Below, one piece after another: positions 60,911-64,000 of a DNA stretch of 64,000 nt. The stretch is taken from contig OZ038378.1 of assembly GCA_964036045.1 (NCBI GenBank), forward strand, positions 18,290,001 to 18,354,000. The letters run 5' to 3'. Position 1 is the first letter of the stretch. The number at the start of each line of letters is the position of its first letter. The DNA is from Eutreptiella sp. 'Long Island Sound 2002' (Eukaryota; Protista; Euglenida). Both the position numbers and the translations under genes were made by a program. Below the pieces are notes generated by a model. That model was not told where the DNA came from. It worked only from the letters and a program-made list of their open reading frames with translations, and made no database searches.

Positions 60911-61381
60911 TGTTATTTGTGATTCGATTATTGTTCACTATTTCTATTACTGTACTCTGTGGACTCTGAGGAGGGGCAACTAGCCCGGAACATGTCCATT
61001 TGACTGATTTGAATTTGTGATTGTGGCGCCATGTACCCCGTGCCTGCACATTGTTGACATCTCCAAGGTTTCCTGGGTGCAAAATCAACGTTTGTGAAGG
61101 TTTTAGGGTGCCCAACGCTTGCTCTAACACCACCAGTTAGTGCGCACTAACCCCTGCTCTAACTAGTTATCGCGGGGGCTATCGCGCTCTAACTGGGTGC
61201 TCTAACTAGTTATCGCGGGGGGTTATCGCGCTCTAACTAGTTATCGCGGGGGGTTATCGCGGGGGTTATCGCGCGATAACCTAGTTATCGCGGGGGTTAT
61301 CGCGTGGGTTATCGCGTGTGTTTTTTGGGCCCTTGCTTCAAAACCCTCCCTCATTTCGTGTCCCAGGTCCTCTTATTCTTC

Positions 61382-63042
61382 ATGGACAGTGCTGTCAATG
61401 AGGCCCTGCGGGCTCTCAACACAGCTAACCTCCGGCGGTACACCGATCTGCAGTGCCCCAAGGCCCGGCGGCGGCGTTTGAAGGCGGTTCAGCGGCTGGT
61501 GCGAGTTCTATTGGGTGACCCAGACGTCGTGTGTGGCACCAACACCAAAGGCGAAGTTTGTTTAAGTGGTGGGGCGTGCACTGCCCTGTCTGGCCCACTT
61601 GGCGGCCATCTTGCATTCACAGCTGAGGAGCATGAGGCCCTGAGCATGCTACGCATGGCATGCAGCATGCATCTCTCCCAACGGGCCCTTTTGCGAATGC
61701 CCCGCCGTTGCACACAACGGGACCTAAGGACCGTTCGGCAACGGATCATGCCCTACTTTCCCCAAACCACCATTGTAAAGTCTACCACAGGCCGCAATAG
61801 GGCAGCTGCCCATGTGCCTTTGCAATCAATTGTGCAAAATGCAATATCTATGGCCCGAGTTATTGGGAAACCCCCCCCTAGTGGCGTTGCCATTATTGTT
61901 ATTTCAGTTGATGCGACTTCCTTGTGGAAGGCATCCTCTACCCGTGCGGATGTATGGGTTAATGTATGGGGGGGGGGGCAAAATATGCTTCGAAGGTGAA
62001 GCTATGGGCCTCATGGTTTTGCATGGATGGCGGGGATGAACAGGCTTTTTTGAGAAGCCTGGACATCTCCGCCAACCTCAACCAAGAGGTGAGGGATGTG
62101 GAAGAGGACGTTGTCCTCTTTCAAAACCAATTTTTGACTTGCACTGTCATTTTGACAGGGGATGGGAAGGGGATGCAAGCAATGGGGGGGGCTGGGTCTA
62201 AGTGTTGGTTGTGCAAAGACCCCAACGGGATTGTTGAGCAAATGGGGGTGGAGTCCACCTCAAGATGGGGGGCATTCTTGAGAAGTGTGACCCCTGATAG
62301 GCGGCCGGGGGACTACCAACATGCAGCATGCCGCATCCTAAACGGCATTGCAAAGCGCATTGAGACCACCCTTCAGGCCCTCCCCCCTGGTACCCCTGGT
62401 AAGGCCCAAGCTCTTGCAGCTCTGCAGGCCTTCAAGCAAGCCCTCAAGGATGAGACCTCAGGCATCCCTCTGAGGGAACGCCTCCCTTCGGCCTCGAGGG
62501 CCACAGAAAAAGATTTCGATCTAACAAGCACCAAAGTTTTCCTAACCTCCCCCCCCTTCCAAAGGCAATTTGTGGATTGCCTCAAAGAGCATGTCCCCAC
62601 AGCGAGGACCCCTGGGGGACCTATGTTATGGGTTGTTGTGCATGTCATGGTGAAATGCATTGAGGGTTTGTATGAGCTTTGGAGGGTGAGGGAGTTGTAC
62701 ACTCTAACCCAAGTGGAACGCCACCGTGCGTTGACCACAAAATTTTCAAAAGCGTGGGGAGACTCAAGTTGGTCCCCCACCAGGTGGATCCATTGGTGCT
62801 TGGCACATTCCACCTTTTTTGCGCAGAAATGGAGGAACATTTTTCAGTTTTCCTCCATCCCAACGGAGTATCGGCATGGGCCTTACAAGAGGAGGCTCAA
62901 AAATTGTTTTAAGGGTTGGTCCTTGGTGAGGCCAAGTATGTCCCTCCGCCACATGCACCATTGCATGTCCATGAACGCCCTGGACCAAGGGCTTTTGGGA
63001 CTGGAGGCAGCCAAGGCCTCAGACATTGATGACTTTGTATGA
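61382..63042 (+). CDS. RAG1-core/Transib-like DDE transposase (about 553 aa; 1-nt shift in G11 run at 61968-61978)
   Basis: ISVDAT (D1), LTGDGK...SKCWLC (D2 plus ZnC2), DYQHAAC, WIHWCLAH (ZnH2; RAG1 YFHKTLAH), SSIPTEYRH (E). ATG lies about 15 nt after a cccAG acceptor (61365-61366). Confidence 0.85.
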
Positions 63043-63424
63043 AAAACGACCACACATGCTTTGTGCCAAGTGTTTTGTGTTGTTTGTCCTAGGGAGGGAG
63101 GGAGGAGGGGTGCGCGATAACTACCCGCGATAACTGCGCGATAACTGAGTTATCGCGCGATAATTAGCGCGATAACTAGTTAGAGCAAGGTGCTCTAACT
63201 GCGTTCTAACTCTGTTCTAATTGTGCTCTAACTGTTTGACCCCCCCCCCAAAAAAACCACCCCTACGATGAGGGTTATGTGGGGAAAGAAAGGGGATGGG
63301 GGGTTTTTGAGGGTGCTGAATCCATTTTTTAGGTGGTTTGCCCCAAAATTGAGGGTAGGTGGGTGTTCCAGAAATTGCGTTCTAACTAGGGGTTCCGCAC
63401 CACGCCCTAGAACGCTGCATCCCA

Positions 63425-63980
63425 TGGGTCCGAACGTAACCCCACCCATAACTTGCCCAGCACGAGAACAGCAGCTCGTACTCCTCCACCTTGCAGTGTC
63501 TACAGGCAGCTTGTCCTTCTTGGGTTGGCACGGAGGGGTTCAACAGGTTGTGGAGACTGCACCAGGTGCCAGTAATGCTCTCGTCATACCAGCAGGGTTT
63601 CACGGCTCCGTCTGGGATCTTGGCAATGGCCGTGGCCCTTTGGCGCCAGAACTTGTAGAAGGCCACCTCGAAGAGGTAGGCCGGTGCTGCTGCTGCTGCT
63701 GTTCTGGGCTGCCGACTTGCTGGGCCGCAGCCTGCACTTGCTGCTGCTGCAATTGTTGCGGCTGCTGCACTGGCAGTGGGCCGAAGAGCACTTGTTGCAC
63801 TTGGCCCACTGGAAGACTGCCGCGCACTGGGGAGCCCAAGGTGGGCGACCCACCGGGGAACAGCATGGGAGACAGCTGCTGTGAGGCACCTCGTAACGGG
63901 GATTGCGGCGCGGGCCACAGAGGCTGAGTTGGGGAGAACTGGGTCAGCTGCTGGGACAGCGTCTGCGGAAAACAGGACAA
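63425..63980 (-). pseudogene. 5' part of the decayed minus-strand gene (Q/P/S-rich, then Cys/His-containing segment)
   Basis: The Q-rich frame shifts to PAYLFEVAFYKFW...WCSLH...CRHC...GYVRT; continues at 51713 and probably beyond the window end. Confidence 0.55.
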
Positions 63981-64000
63981 AGCACGCGCAACCAGGACGT

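Larger units (their letters stand above)
51895..63232. repeat. CTAACTAGTTATCGCG/GGGTTATCGCG/CGCGATAAC module, four clusters
   Basis: Clusters at about 51895-52045, 54248-54432 (inside an intron), 61147-61316 and 63113-63232; none seen outside the TIRs. Confidence 0.92.
51714..63424 (+). mobile_element. 11.7-kb DNA transposon with RAG1/Transib-like transposase and dioxygenase cargo
   Basis: Perfect 36-bp TIR TGGGATGCAGCGTTCTAGGGCGTGGTGCGGAACCCC (51714-51749 / 63389-63424); 2-bp TSD TG (51712-51713, 63425-63426); the empty site restores the host frame. Confidence 0.92.

Overview
Eukaryotic (protist-like) genomic DNA dominated by nested transposable elements. A euglenid origin is my inference from polypyrimidine-AG acceptors just upstream of several ATGs; it is not proven. 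One host gene is clear: a 7-exon DEAD-box RNA helicase on the minus strand (30973->6263, about 587 aa, all GT-AG introns with consistent phases). Its 11.3-kb first intron holds a piggyBac-family element with an intact-looking transposase and a 6-exon accessory gene. Next come a three-ORF Penelope-like retroelement (gag knuckle, GIY-YIG upstream of an internally deleted RT, 582-bp near-identical terminal direct repeats), MITEs, an L1/Tx1-like RT interrupted by a hAT mini-element, tRNA-like heads and a probable CACTA-type terminus. The right third is a nested stack. A decayed minus-strand gene is interrupted by a second Penelope-like RT and by an 11.7-kb DNA transposon (51714-63424; perfect 36-bp TIRs, 2-bp TSD). 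That transposon encodes a RAG1/Transib-like transposase and a spliced cargo gene with a PhyH-like 2OG-Fe(II) oxygenase, a Cys/His cluster and a coiled coil. After a single UGA-CUAG stop, a second TET/JBP-like oxygenase follows in the same frame. The cargo gene is itself split by a 4.6-kb TIR element with the same TG...CA/2-bp-TSD signature. Several DNA transposons here fill their introns and spacers with their own CpG-containing palindromic micro-repeat module. All calls are by eye from the sequence; no database searches were run.
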